This document shows, piece after piece, positions 51,936 through 64,000 of a stretch of DNA of 64,000 nt. The translations under genes and the position numbers were made by a program. Every line of letters starts with the position of its first letter. Positions within the stretch are counted from its first letter, which is position 1. Location of the stretch: the NCBI GenBank assembly GCA_043228905.1, contig JBHGNT010000011.1, forward strand, positions 15,252,001 to 15,316,000, read 5' to 3'. The notes under the pieces were generated by a model. That model saw only the letters and a program-made list of their open reading frames with translations. It was not told where the DNA came from and ran no database searches. Source of the DNA: Azolla caroliniana (Eukaryota > Plantae > Polypodiophyta).

Positions 51936-53676
51936 TTTTATTATGCCAAATATAAATTTTGAAACCAACATAACTCACAATGCTCAAAAACATTTACTTA
52001 TCTTTGTTGCAATGGAGAACACAAATGAGAAAGGAATTTGTGTATGGATGGTTTGAGGTTGAAAATGTGTGGAAAGCAAATGCAAGTGTGTGATACTTTC
52101 GAATTTGGTTTGGGCAAAACATGAATAATCAATGAATCTCCTTGCCAATGACCCAATTCCCTCTTTCATATAACAGAGAATGCACTCTAAGTCATAGGGA
52201 ATCAATGGTGTAGATGGTAGACAAGGGGAATGACCTCTAACATCCATGGGTGAGTGCAATTTCGATAAACTCAATATTCTACTTTTGCATGTTTTTTGAA
52301 CTTTTTACACCAATGTTCTAGTTCTAAGTAGACATGAAGTTTAATAAACATCTTAGCATTTATCGTATGTCTCTTAGTGTCGACAATCTTAACGGGAAGT
52401 CATCATCACTATCTAGAAGTAGGAGCGTTTTTTTATATCTTTTAAAGTTTTTATTCTTAGCACTACATGTTGGGTACATTCTCAATGGAAACCTTTTCAA
52501 TGTTTTATGACTATACATCCATGGGTTAACCGTTGGATGTCCTAACCTAGTGTATATAACCAAACCTGATTGCATTCTAGTGTTAGTTCTCATTCCTATA
52601 AGTGAATTGTACTTGTATTTGCTCACTTAGGAGCACATGAGTCATAACTCTCGTTCTAGCGACCATTATAATTGTGCTTCCATGTTTTGTTGAGTGTATA
52701 TATGTGTGTCAGCGCGCGCGCACACACACACACATACCATTGTGTACTTTATTGTGATCTTGTGCTTCCTCTGACATTAGCATTGGTACCAACAACAAAG
52801 TGTATGGATATAGAAAGGATGGCAATAGAAGTGGAAAAGTAAAACCTCATGTCTTCTCTAGTGTGAAAGGGAACAAAAGCAAAATAACTTAAATGTAACG
52901 TATAAAAGTCAACATTTTGGCTCTTGACTTTCTCAAACATAGGCTAGAGTTTCTTCTCTCTCATTTTCATCTATTAACTATGGTTATTCTAAGCCTTGCA
53001 TTGATATCTTATAACTCGTGAAATAAACCTGACACCAATCTCTCTTTTTTTTCAAGAAAGATACACCTTAGTATATTACTTGAGAAATGTACATATAGAA
53101 AACAGAAGGAGACATTTCGTCTCACCTCTATTGTAATACAAAAGCTAATACCAACATCTAATCAAATAGATGATATCATATAAGAAACGGATGGAGCACA
53201 ATCCACAAGCTATGCAATAAAAAAGAAGGTATGGCATAATTACACTTCATACCAGAAGTTGTATCTGAAAATAAGTGAAGCTCTCGCCACCGTTCCAAGA
53301 TAAAATATTAAAATAATCCATATCAGGATTGAGATGGAGAAGACCTCTTATCAGTCAAAACCACTTGTCTCTCCTTTTGAGACAAAGTTACTGCTCTTGT
53401 TATTCTTTTTTCCACACGGGAATCCTTGAATAAAACACGATGATCTTTATATACCCTATTTTTGCTATTCCCAAGCGCTTCTATAGTATCCTAAAACATA
53501 TGGTGATTGCCCGACCCCTGTCTGCAAAACAGTTGAATATGATCGAGCATCTACCTTTGGATCATTATGTTGAAACGATGTTATCATTTTTTGAACTGGC
53601 GCTTTAACTTTCGTCGGAACTTGTTCTGGCATTGGGTCAATGACTAGAACAATTTCCAAAGAGGAAATGGAAACCG

Positions 53677-54245
53677 ACATAACTACATCTTTTTGCAAAG
53701 CGTCCATACTACATTCCAGCAATACCAAGGGAGGAGGAATGGCTGGAATGATCTCCATAGATGGAGTAGAAACCGACATTCCTAAATCTTGCCTCAAAGT
53801 GTCCATACTACATTCTGATAGTGCATATTGAGGGAAATTGGAGCAAATCATATCAACACTTTTTCCCTTGCCCACTTTATCTAACAATGTATTGTAACCT
53901 TATACTTGTTGAGTTTCATGAGGCAACAATGTAGTGACAACACTATTATTTTGCAAAGCGACATAACTACATAACTACATCTTTTTGCAAAGCATCCATA
54001 CTACATTCCAGCAATACCAAGGGAGGAGGAATGGCTAGAATGATCTCCATAGATGGAGTAGAAACCGACATTCCTAAATCTTGCCTCAAAGTGTCCATAC
54101 TACATTCTGATAGTGCATATTGAGGGAAATTGGAGCAAATCATATCAACACTTTTTCCCTTGCCCACTTTATCTAACAATGTATTGTAACCTTATACTTG
54201 TTGAGTTTCATGAGGCAACAATGTAGTGACAACACTATTATTTTG
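53677..54245. repeat. Near-exact tandem duplication, 292 bp x2, inside a degenerate minus-strand coding relic (possibly LINE ORF1)
   Basis: ORFs 53465-53887 and 53967-54179 share a near-identical N-terminal translation at offset 292. Confidence 0.85.
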
Positions 54246-56187
54246 CTTATTCATAGCTGCAATAGGCTTCCCATGGGCAATCAAACAATCTTTTGCCAAA
54301 TGGCCAATTTTTTTACAAGAAAAACATCGGCTGGGCAAACCGAAGTAAAGCAGTTTCTAAATTTTTTACACATATTACCTTGTAGTTTTGGAAGACGAAT
54401 CCAATTAGGTAACACTGTATCTTTTTTGCAAAGTAGCTTGACAAACAGAGCTCCTCCTTTTTCTACAATGTCCCTAAATGTAGATGAGTTAACATGTAGA
54501 ACTCTACTGATTGCTACCCTGATTTTGTGAAGAACCTCCTCCCTCCACTCCTTATCTAGGCAACACCAATCTCTTATACCTAATCAAGTAAGCTTAATCA
54601 AAGGCGAGGTTTATTCCTCATTATTTCCTTCTTTATTTAGTTAAAATAGTTGTATTCAGTTCATCAAGGAAGTGTGTTGCATCTTTGGTTAAATTATTTT
54701 GTGAAAAAAGGACTCATGGAGTAGTTCACGGAAGTGATTTGCACTTCGTTAACCTCATTAAGAAGGGCTCACCGTAGACATCTAACCAAACTTGGCTCGA
54801 CCTTAATAGTGTTCTCAATGGCGTTGTGAAGTGTTATAAATGGCTTATGTACTTCAAAATCTATAGCACATGATGTAAAAATAGTTGAGGTTCTAAATGT
54901 CTCCTTATTTAAGTTGAGGACTTTGTAATGGACGCACCTATACAATTTTGTCATGTCATTATGACTTGAATAATGGTCATATTTATATAAAAATGCCTAT
55001 AAAAATGCTTAATGTGTCCTAACTTTTTGACTATTTCGTTTATTTTTAAAAATAAGTATGTATTGGGATTGATACCCAAATTTCGCAACTCTCTATTACT
55101 CTAAAGATATTTCTTAATTTACTAGATGGCATTGTGTAATGTAGGGGTTTAACCCATGACCTCTCGGTCTCCATTGGGTAACCTTACGAACCAAACCTTC
55201 TCTCTCTCTTCAAAAATCTATGTTTGTTATTAAAACAAGGTGACAATACAACAACTCTCGCTATCTCCACTATTTCAATAGTAACGATATGGCAAGGTAA
55301 ACCCGCTCAAGTATTGTAAAACTAGATGACATAACTCTAGCTCAATGACATAACTCTACTTCAATTTCCCTTTCATCCTAAGGAATTGTATTACCCCATG
55401 AAGTAATCAAACAAGAACCCATTTCTCATGGTGCAATTAAACCATATCCCCAAATACCTAAGATAGTCAAACACGACTTGATGTGATGGCGCGGGTATAA
55501 CTTTATCATCATCAATAAAAACTCACTGGAAAGGTCACAAAATACTTCATGTTATTGATGCCCAAATTTGTGATATAGCCACCCAAATGGCTTTAGCAGC
55601 CGAACATGTAATGAACCTATGTTTGGCATCTTCGTCAACCATTGTACAGAAAAAACATGTCGCATTCGAAATATGTCTTTGTTTTAAAGCCATCATCAAA
55701 GGAAACCCACCGACCATAATACCAATGCCAATATCCTAATATTGTCAATGATGTTGCTGCCATTGGGCCACAACCATTTGTAAAATTCATGTGAAATGGT
55801 GACATAACCTAAGGGAATTTCAAAGTTAAATAATCATTTTTTGACACAAACTTGATGCCTCAAATAAAGAAAAACTTTGTAGAGGGCAATTTGGATGCCT
55901 TGAGTGGCACATTGAGCCATATCTAATAATCTTGTTATAAAACTTCATATCTATAGATTGTGAACGATCCATACATTTAGATTGAGATCATGCACACTAT
56001 GAATTTGCTCTTTATAAATTATAGAGCTCATCAAATATTTATCGCTTCTGACTTCAATTCTAATTGTGAATGATTAAATATAACGGAACCTATAGAAAAG
56101 ATTGATTTTTATGTTTTAAGGTTACAAAATGGATATTGAAGACTATTGGGGTGATAGGGAAACATACATGTCATGAGAGTTCACATA

Positions 56188-56958
56188 TGCATTAACAAAT
56201 TATGTTTATCGCCTAAGCGCACTAAATGATTGGTTGGTGCACAATATATATCTCTTAATCTAGGCAAGGGTGTGATCATAGTACATTGTCACTGGCAAGA
56301 ATTGCTTTTCATCCATTCAGTGCCAAAGAGTTTGTAAATTGTTATAACTCAACCTTCCATTGCCTCCCCTTCAATAAGCTTCGCCAACCTCCTCATAACT
56401 AGTCTTGAAATAACTTACGGCCTCACAAGTAAATTTGACATATCTGCATTAACAAATGATGTTTATCGCCTAAGCACACTAAATGATTGGTTGGTGCACA
56501 ATATATATCTCTTAATCTAGGCAAGGGTGTGATCATAGTACATTGTCATTGGCAAGAATTGCTTTTCATCCATTTAGTGCCAAAGAGTTTGTAAATTGTT
56601 ATAACTCAACCTTCCATTGCCTCCCCTTCAATAAGCTTCACCAACCTCCTCATAACTAGTCTTGAAATAAATTACGGCCTCACAAGCAAATTTGACAATC
56701 TGCATTAACAAATTATGTTTATTGCCTAAGTGCACTAAATGATTGGTTGGTGCACAATATATATATCTCTTAATCTAGGCAAGGGTGTGATCATAGTACA
56801 TTGTCACTCGCAAGATTTGCTTTTCATCCTTTCAGTGCCAAAGAATTTGTAAATTGTTATAACTCAACCTTCCATTGCCTCCCCTTCAATAAGCTTCGCC
56901 AACCTCCTCATAACTAGTTTTGAAATAAATTACGGCCTCACAAGTAAATTTGACATAT
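56188..56958. repeat. Tandem repeat, about 257 bp x3
   Basis: TGCATTAACAAAT.ATGTTTAT at 56188, 56445 and 56701; high identity. Confidence 0.9.
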
Positions 56959-56971
56959 CGACATATATTTA

Positions 56972-57555
56972 TCAATATCCCCAAATAGAGTGCAACAAAG
57001 GTTGTTCTCACTTGATTCATATCAGATGGCATGATTTTGAAGCAATCTCAAAATCTTCATACTGGACTAGCCCTATAATGTACATCTTTAAAAAACATCG
57101 ATTTCACTTTTCATAGAGTTGATATTGTTATTTGTCTATCCATGACTTTTGTAAGTCAATATCCCCAAATAGAGTGCAAAGAAGGTTATTCCCACTTGCT
57201 TCATATCAGAAATCACAGTTTTGAAGCAACCGCAAAATCTAATCTCATGACATCTCCATCTTGGACTTGCGCTATGATGTATATCTTTAAAATACATCGA
57301 TTTCACTTTTCATAGAGAAGATATTGTTATTTGTCTATTCATGACTTTCGTAAGTCAACATCCTGAAATAGAGTGCAAAGAAGGTTGTTCCTACTTGCTT
57401 CATATCAGAAGACACGGTTTTGAAGCAACTGCAAAATCCAATCTCATGACATCTCCATCTTGAACTTGCGCTATGATGTATATCCTTAAATACATCGATT
57501 TCACTTTTCATAGAGAAGATTTTGTTATTTTTCTATCCATGACTTTGTAAGTCAA
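56972..57555. repeat. Tandem repeat, about 185-200 bp x3
   Basis: TCAA.ATCC..AAATAGAGTGCAA...CATCGATTTCACTTTTCATAGAG...CATGACTTT occurs three times. Confidence 0.85.
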
Positions 57556-57955
57556 GTTTAGGTAGTCTTCTCCGTTCATTTCATTTAGTGTTCTCGTACA
57601 AGTCACAACATTAACATTTTCAGTTGTTAATTGCTCTTTGGAATTTCATAGAACATTCGTTCGGTCTCTTCACAACATTAATGCGACTGCATTGGTTCTT
57701 CCTCTTTCATGGATTCTAAGAAACAAAATCCCCTTTTCATTGTAAAAACATCCCGCTTCTATAGTTTCTTTTGTTCTTTTCATCAACGTGACAACATTTT
57801 CAGTTTTGGCATCCTTGGATGGGCAAAGTATGTCATTTTGGTCCCTTTCAGACATTAACGCACCTTTCTTTCTTTCCCCATGGATTCTATCACTTCTAAG
57901 ACAAAGAAAGAGTTCATATCCCAAATAGAGAAATATATAACTACTTTCTCACATT

Positions 57956-60298
57956 TCAGCCACTCACATGCTTATTCACGACTTCTTCTGGGGAACAAAA
58001 TTTCACTCGCATAGCTTCAACTTTTTCGGCATCTTCCTGCATGCCTGCACCTGCATAAATACTTGCCATGAGAACATATGTACCAGCACGATTAGGATCA
58101 AGTTGCAGTGCTTGATCAAAAGCTAGCATCCCGAGCCTAACATTACCCCATTTCCTACAAGCGTCCAATAAAGCAATCCAAACTGTTGGATCGACTGGAG
58201 ATGGTATGGTCTTGATCACTGATATTGCCTTGTCAAAGCACCCCGAAGTCCCATAAACAACCACCATGCACGTGTGATGCTCTAGCTTGGGTCTTATACC
58301 ATATCTTGAGTTCATATTCTCATAATACATTTGAGCTTCATCAAATTTTCCAGCACGACTACAAGCATTTAGCACACACAATAAGGTTATTTCAGTAGGT
58401 TGGTGACATTCTTTTTGCATTTGGTCAAAACAGTTCAATGCTTCATGAGAATGCCCTTCATGAGCATATCCTGCTATGAGTGAGGACCAAGAGATAGTAT
58501 CTCGAACCGGAAGCTCCTCTAGCACTTGCTTTGCTTTTGCAAGTGCCCCACATTTAGCATACATATCCACCAATGCATTGCCAAGAACTATAGACTTGTC
58601 TAGCAAGCCCTCATCAATAATTTGGTCGTGAATTTCTCTGCCCTTGTTAATAGCCCCTATGCTTCCACATGCTTTAAGCATGCAAGTGAAGGTGACCTCA
58701 TTCGGAGCAAGATTCTCTCTTTGCATCTTTTCATAACAATTGAGTGCTTCATGACCTTGCCCTTGTTGAGCATATCCTGCTATTAAAGCATTCCAAGTGA
58801 CTATGTTTCGACTGGGAAGGTTGTCGAGCACTTCTTGTGCTTGTGTAAGTGCACCACATTTGGCATACATGTCCACCAAAGCATTGCCAAGCACAATATT
58901 ATCCTTAAGCAAGCCCCTATCAATAATCTCATCATGAATTCGTTTGCCTTCATCAAGGGCTCCTATATTGCTGCAAGCCTTCAAAATGCAAAGGAAAGTG
59001 ACCTCATTTGGAGAGATCCCATCCTTTCGCATCTGCCAAAAGCAAGTCAATGCTTCTTGACCTTGCCCTTGTTCGGCATATCCTGAAATTAGAGCTGACC
59101 AAGAGACTATATCTCGGATAGGAATCTGTTCTAGGACTTGTTTTGCTGTTACGAGTGCACCACATTTGGCATACATATCTACCAGAGCAGTGGCAAGCAC
59201 CAGATTATTCTTTAATAATCCTCGACTCACAATCTCATCATGAACATGCTTACCCTCATCAAATGCACCAATGTCCCCACATGACTGGAGGATGCTAATA
59301 AATGTAACCTCATTTGGAGTATAACCCTCATTTTTCATCTCCTCAAAACATTTTAGGGCTTCATGGCCTTGCCTATCTCGGGCATATCCTGCAATCAGTG
59401 TTGACCAAGTGAGCGAATCTCGAACATGAAGCTCTCCCAACGTCTCTTGTGCACTTCTAAGTAAACCACATTCCACATACATGTTCACCAGGGCGTTACC
59501 AAGGTTCACACTGTTTTTCTTCAGCAAGTCTCGGCGTGCAATCTCATTGTGAATTTGCCGTCCTTTGTCAATCGCCCCGATGCTACCACATGCCTTCAGG
59601 ATTGAAATGAATGTGATCCAATCTGGTCGAAACCCCTCTCTTTGCATTTGTTCAAAACAATCAAGTGCTTCATGTCCTTGTCCCTCTTGTGCATATCCAG
59701 CAATCAAAGCTGACCATGAGATTATATTGCGAACAGGAAGTTCCTCAAGCACTTGTCGTGCTTTCTTTAACATGCCACATTTAGCATACATATCAACCAG
59801 AGCGTTTCCAATCACAACATTCTTCTCTAACATATCTCGACAAACGATCTCTTCATGAATTTGCTTCCCCTTCTCAATAGCCTTTGTATTACCGCAAGCT
59901 TTGAGAATGCAAGTGAAAGTGACTTCATTGGGAGAAAGGCCCTCCTTTTGCATCTTTTCAAAACAATTTAGCGCTTCATGACCTTGACCTCTCTGAGAAT
60001 ATCCTCCAATAAGAGCATTCCAAGAGACTATATCTTGAATTGAAAGCTCTTCAAGCACTTTCCGAGCTTTCAATAGAGAGCCACACTTGGCATACATGGT
60101 GATCAAAGCACTCGCAATGTAAGGGTTCTTTTCAAGCAATCCTTTCCTCGCAATCTCTCCATGTAATGTGGTGCCTTTCTGGAGATCATTACTTGTCACG
60201 CAATCTTTGAGTAATTCTACAAATCTAAGGTTATCATGGTGATTCTTCACGTCTCTGATTCCTCTTCTTCTCAACTCTTTCATGACAGGAAGGCCCAT
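57956..60298 (-). CDS. PLS-class PPR protein with E-type C-terminus, intronless
   Basis: 780-aa ORF; GNALVDMYAKCG...RDIVSWSALIAGYAQ...EVTF..ILKAC triplets; EHHTCMV...WIALLDACRKWGN...YVLMASIYA; no DYW. Confidence 0.94.
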   Translation of the reverse strand: MGLPVMKELRRRGIRDVKNHHDNLRFVELLKDCVTSNDLQKGTTLHGEIARKGLLEKNPYIASALITMYAKCGSLLKARKVLEELSIQDIVSWNALIGGYSQRGQGHEALNCFEKMQKEGLSPNEVTFTCILKACGNTKAIEKGKQIHEEIVCRDMLEKNVVIGNALVDMYAKCGMLKKARQVLEELPVRNIISWSALIAGYAQEGQGHEALDCFEQMQREGFRPDWITFISILKACGSIGAIDKGRQIHNEIARRDLLKKNSVNLGNALVNMYVECGLLRSAQETLGELHVRDSLTWSTLIAGYARDRQGHEALKCFEEMKNEGYTPNEVTFISILQSCGDIGAFDEGKHVHDEIVSRGLLKNNLVLATALVDMYAKCGALVTAKQVLEQIPIRDIVSWSALISGYAEQGQGQEALTCFWQMRKDGISPNEVTFLCILKACSNIGALDEGKRIHDEIIDRGLLKDNIVLGNALVDMYAKCGALTQAQEVLDNLPSRNIVTWNALIAGYAQQGQGHEALNCYEKMQRENLAPNEVTFTCMLKACGSIGAINKGREIHDQIIDEGLLDKSIVLGNALVDMYAKCGALAKAKQVLEELPVRDTISWSSLIAGYAHEGHSHEALNCFDQMQKECHQPTEITLLCVLNACSRAGKFDEAQMYYENMNSRYGIRPKLEHHTCMVVVYGTSGCFDKAISVIKTIPSPVDPTVWIALLDACRKWGNVRLGMLAFDQALQLDPNRAGTYVLMASIYAGAGMQEDAEKVEAMRVKFCSPEEVVNKHVSG

Positions 60299-60687
60299 TT
60301 GAGATTAGTGCATCTAACTCAAGAATCGACTATCTGCTCTCGCGAATTACAGGGTTAGACCATTTTGGGGGTTTTCAAATATGTGTTCATCACACAGAGT
60401 GGAGGATTTGTCATGACCATACTTCTTCTCAAGAATACACCAAAACTTGGGTTCTCATAGTCTATTCATGCATAAGCATACCTAATGGACAAGTTAATCG
60501 GTTAAGACTTAATCGGCTTGACTGAACCGGTTCTGGCTAACTGGTTTAGGAACCGGTTTGGTTCAAGTTTGGAAAATCCCAAATCGGTGAAGGCTTAACC
60601 GGTTTGATTTGGACAAGGCAAAGCCGATTAAGCTGAAATCGAACCGTTGCCGATTCCTAATGGCTAGACCAAATCTTCATTGGTCTA

Positions 60688-61016
60688 CTAGGTCACAATA
60701 TCACATTCTATAGAGCATATGTCACAAGTTCATAGTATGCCATGATCGCATTCGATAGAGCATATGTCAAAGGGTCACAATATATGGTGATCGCATTCTA
60801 TGGAGCATATGCCATAGGGTCACAACATGTGGTGATCACATTCTATAGAGCATATGCCATAGGGTCACAATATGTCGTGATCGCATTCTATAGAGCATAT
60901 GCCATAGGGTCACAATATGTCGTGATCGCATTCTATAGAGAATATGTCATAGGGTTACAATATGTGGTTATTGCGTTCTATAGAGCATTTGTCATAGGGT
61001 CACAAGATGTGGTGCA
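60688..61016. repeat. 45-bp minisatellite, about 7 copies
   Basis: Unit CATATGCCATAGGGTCACAATATGTCGTGATCGCATTCTATAGAG, head-to-tail with no spacers. Confidence 0.9.
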
Positions 61017-62548
61017 TTGGCGTGGTCTGCATTTACATCAAATAGTTGTACATAGATGTTTGTTCATATCATTTGTCCATCGTGGCCACCAAGAAAGACA
61101 CCTCACATCCACAACATAGGGGAGTCATGCACCTCCACTTGGAACAAACACACACCCATCCATGCTACGTTGTGCGAGACGAAACCACCTATCCTTGTTT
61201 AAGCCCATATGCTTCAGATTGTGTGTTGTAATGCAAACATCGATTAAAGTTTGTGTCTTGTGTTGAGGGGAGAGATTTATGCACCCTTGACGGGGATATA
61301 TGTGATTAAGCATATATCAACATGTTGAAGGTCATACTTGAAGCTTGTAAGATTTTGTGAAGATATAATGACATGTGATCAACTTTACATGGAATGTTGG
61401 GTAAGTCTTTGAAGGTAGAGACATGGCCACAAGAGGAGCTAGCATCATGATCATGGATGGATTCTACAACTCTCACTTTAGTACATTTACTATCTGATAG
61501 GTGTGGCATTGCAATGTACATACCAATTATTGTTATATGTTAATATATTACAATTATGTGAATCAATTGGACAAGAATATCATTAAGTTGCGTCAAGAGT
61601 CATTAGTTAGTATATTTCTAATTATAGTAGCCCACAATAAAGTATGTGTGCATTTTTTGTTTTCTCATCATTGCTAGTAGGTGAAAGATGTCATGTTTTG
61701 ATGATAATATAAATATTGGAAGATAAATAAAGGATACAAGACATGTCTAACAGGCAAATGTTTACGATAAATGAAGACAATTGATTGAGTCCTTGAAGTG
61801 CATTGTAAACATGTAATGGTCGATGGGATAAACTTTGAGCTTTTTTTTGCATGCATGCTCCTATAAGGCTTCAACGAACCCCAACCGAACTATCATCCTG
61901 AATTGTGATCAATCATACAATGTCTAGTCCAAGAAGATTCTATGACAAATAATCAGCCTATTAAGGTGGGGAACGAGGAACTAGAGGATGACAAAAGGGG
62001 GGGCTTAAAGCTATGTCAACCAAAAGAGGCCACATATATGGTGATGCGTGATTCATACAAAAACACATACTTTCTTAAACCTATCAATGATGGGAGTGTG
62101 TGCTTGATACAGAAAGCGGGCGAAGCTCAGGCAAAACTACTTGGCAACATAATATGCGACGGATTAGCTCGTGATTGGATTCGATTGTGTGGGCCATCAA
62201 AAAAAGGTATGGAATGGAAACCATAGTGCGGATCTGTATACGGAAGTCTCGTTCCAATGTGTGGACATTTTTTCGTCGTGTCCGGGGATCTCAAACTTTG
62301 GGCACACACCGAAAGACCCCAGAATCCGATAGATACCGATGCACACTCATTCCTTCCTATACACTTGTTTTCATGGGGGGTGTTTTGTGTGTCTATAGTT
62401 TGCTTTGTAGAACTATTCATTTGATCTGAAGCCATGGAAAGCCATCCATCCAGTCTATCCCTCTGATCTGATTGATGGATCCAACACAGAAAAGAGAATG
62501 TCTCCATTGATGGGTTTCTGATTTAGTTAATCAGCCTCAACGAAGAAG

Positions 62549-64000
62549 ATGGACATATACCAACAACAACCAACGATGAATGGTCCATGGCTCGATTCTC
62601 CCCCTCACATCAAGGAGAAGACCACATCTTCCATTCACCATAACCTCCCCTCCCTCTTGAAAGACTGCGGGAAGACGAAGGATATCCAGCAAGGTATGTC
62701 TCTTCACACACATATCTGCAAATTCCTTAATTCCCACGACACTTACTTGGGCAATTGCCTCATTGAAATGTATGCAAATTGTGATAGACTCGATGAAGCT
62801 CTCTCTTCCTTCCATCGCATTACAAATCCTAACCTTCACTCATGGAATATCGTTATGAATGCTTTCACTAAACATAAGCACTTTGAAACCGCCTTGGACA
62901 TTTACCACCAGATGCAAAATCATGAACTTGCACCCAATACATATACTTTTGTATCTGTCCTCAATGCTTGTGTTTCTTCCTCAATACATGGTGTACATGA
63001 GATTCATGCTTCCATTATCGAACATGGGTTGATGAAAGACGTAATCGTGTGTACATCCCTAATGAACATATATAGCAAAAAGGGGGGTTTGCATCAAGCA
63101 AAGCTCATTTTCAATGATATGCATGTGAAAGATGTCGTTTCATGGAATGCTATAATTGCATCTTGTACACAAAATGGAAGTTTTGATGATGCCCTTGCCC
63201 TCTTCAATACAATGAAGGGTCAAGGATTTGATCCCAATCACATCACTTTTGTTTGTGCCCTCGACGCTTGTTCAAGCCTTGGAGCTTTACGAGATGGAAA
63301 GGAAATTCATGAATCTATCATCCATAATGGATATATGGAAAACATCATAATAGGTAATGCTCTTCTAGATATGTATGGTAAATGTGGGAGTTTGACAGAT
63401 GCAAAGGAAGTTTTCTCTAATATGCCCAAGCTAGATGTGATATCATGGAGTACCATGATATCGATATGTGTGCAAAATGGATATTGTGAAGAAGGTCTCT
63501 GTTACTTCTACAAGATGAAGAAAGAAGGGATCGAACCCACTTCAGTGACATTCCTATGTGTTATAGATGCATGTGCAAGTGGGAAAATGCTAGAAGAAGG
63601 GGAAAAAATACATTCAATTATTGCAAGGAGCAAGTACTCAGAAGAGTTAAGTGTTATGAATGCGCTTGTAAGCATGTATGGAAAATGTGGAAGTCTTCTG
63701 CGTGCTAAAGAGATGTTTGATCAGATTGAACACCCAAATGTTGTCACATGGAATGCAATGATTTCTGCTTATGCCCAAAGTGGTCATAACAAGAAAGCCT
63801 TAGATCTTTTCAAAGAGTTACAAAAGGTTGGGATTAAGCCAGACGAGATAACATTCTTGTGTGTTCTTGATGTATGTGCATCTTTGAGAGATTTGGAAGA
63901 AGGGAGGAAGGTTGATAAAGCCATCACTGGCGATTGGTATCGGGGAGATATCATGCTTGGAACTGCCCTTGTGAATATGTATGGAAAATGTGGAGATTTT
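62549..64000 (+). CDS. PLS-class PPR protein (3' end beyond the window; missing from the ORF track)
   Basis: ATG at 62549 (MDIYQQQPTM); LGNCLIEMYANC, DVVSWNAIIA, GNALLDMYGKCGSL, GTALVNMYGKCG; no stop seen up to 64000. Confidence 0.9.
   Translation, partial: MDIYQQQPTMNGPWLDSPPHIKEKTTSSIHHNLPSLLKDCGKTKDIQQGMSLHTHICKFLNSHDTYLGNCLIEMYANCDRLDEALSSFHRITNPNLHSWNIVMNAFTKHKHFETALDIYHQMQNHELAPNTYTFVSVLNACVSSSIHGVHEIHASIIEHGLMKDVIVCTSLMNIYSKKGGLHQAKLIFNDMHVKDVVSWNAIIASCTQNGSFDDALALFNTMKGQGFDPNHITFVCALDACSSLGALRDGKEIHESIIHNGYMENIIIGNALLDMYGKCGSLTDAKEVFSNMPKLDVISWSTMISICVQNGYCEEGLCYFYKMKKEGIEPTSVTFLCVIDACASGKMLEEGEKIHSIIARSKYSEELSVMNALVSMYGKCGSLLRAKEMFDQIEHPNVVTWNAMISAYAQSGHNKKALDLFKELQKVGIKPDEITFLCVLDVCASLRDLEEGRKVDKAITGDWYRGDIMLGTALVNMYGKCGDF

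Noticed and set aside
60688-61016. Regular short repeats resembling a CRISPR array, and a 125-aa repetitive ORF
   Set aside because: Units are head-to-tail with no unique spacers, there are no cas genes and the context is eukaryotic; the ORF results from a 45-bp unit lacking stops

Overview
Eukaryotic land-plant nuclear DNA, most likely a fern or other seed-free vascular plant (inferred from intronless PLS-type PPR genes and the LTR lineages). Bases 1-17082 are a nest of four Ty3/gypsy LTR retrotransposons. The outer element D is a degenerate Tcn1/Tf1-like element with a self-priming signature and a heat-shock-element array. It is interrupted by element C (gag-protease plus an extra ORF, no pol visible), which in turn carries two related GC-rich elements: A (minus strand, truncated by the window edge) and B (4817-12154). 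B is intact, with apparently identical 804-bp LTRs, a 4-bp TSD, a tRNA-Trp PBS and a gag-protease ORF. That ORF appears joined to pol by a -1 ribosomal frameshift (GGAUUUU plus a pseudoknot) conserved in A. The AT-rich remainder holds a group III CDPK with degenerate N-lobe EF-hands, eIF(iso)4G (GC-AG intron, duplicated exon), three PLS PPR genes, an Ole e 1-extensin chimera, LINE relics, two foldback MITEs and many local tandem duplications. All coordinates were read by eye; no searches were run.
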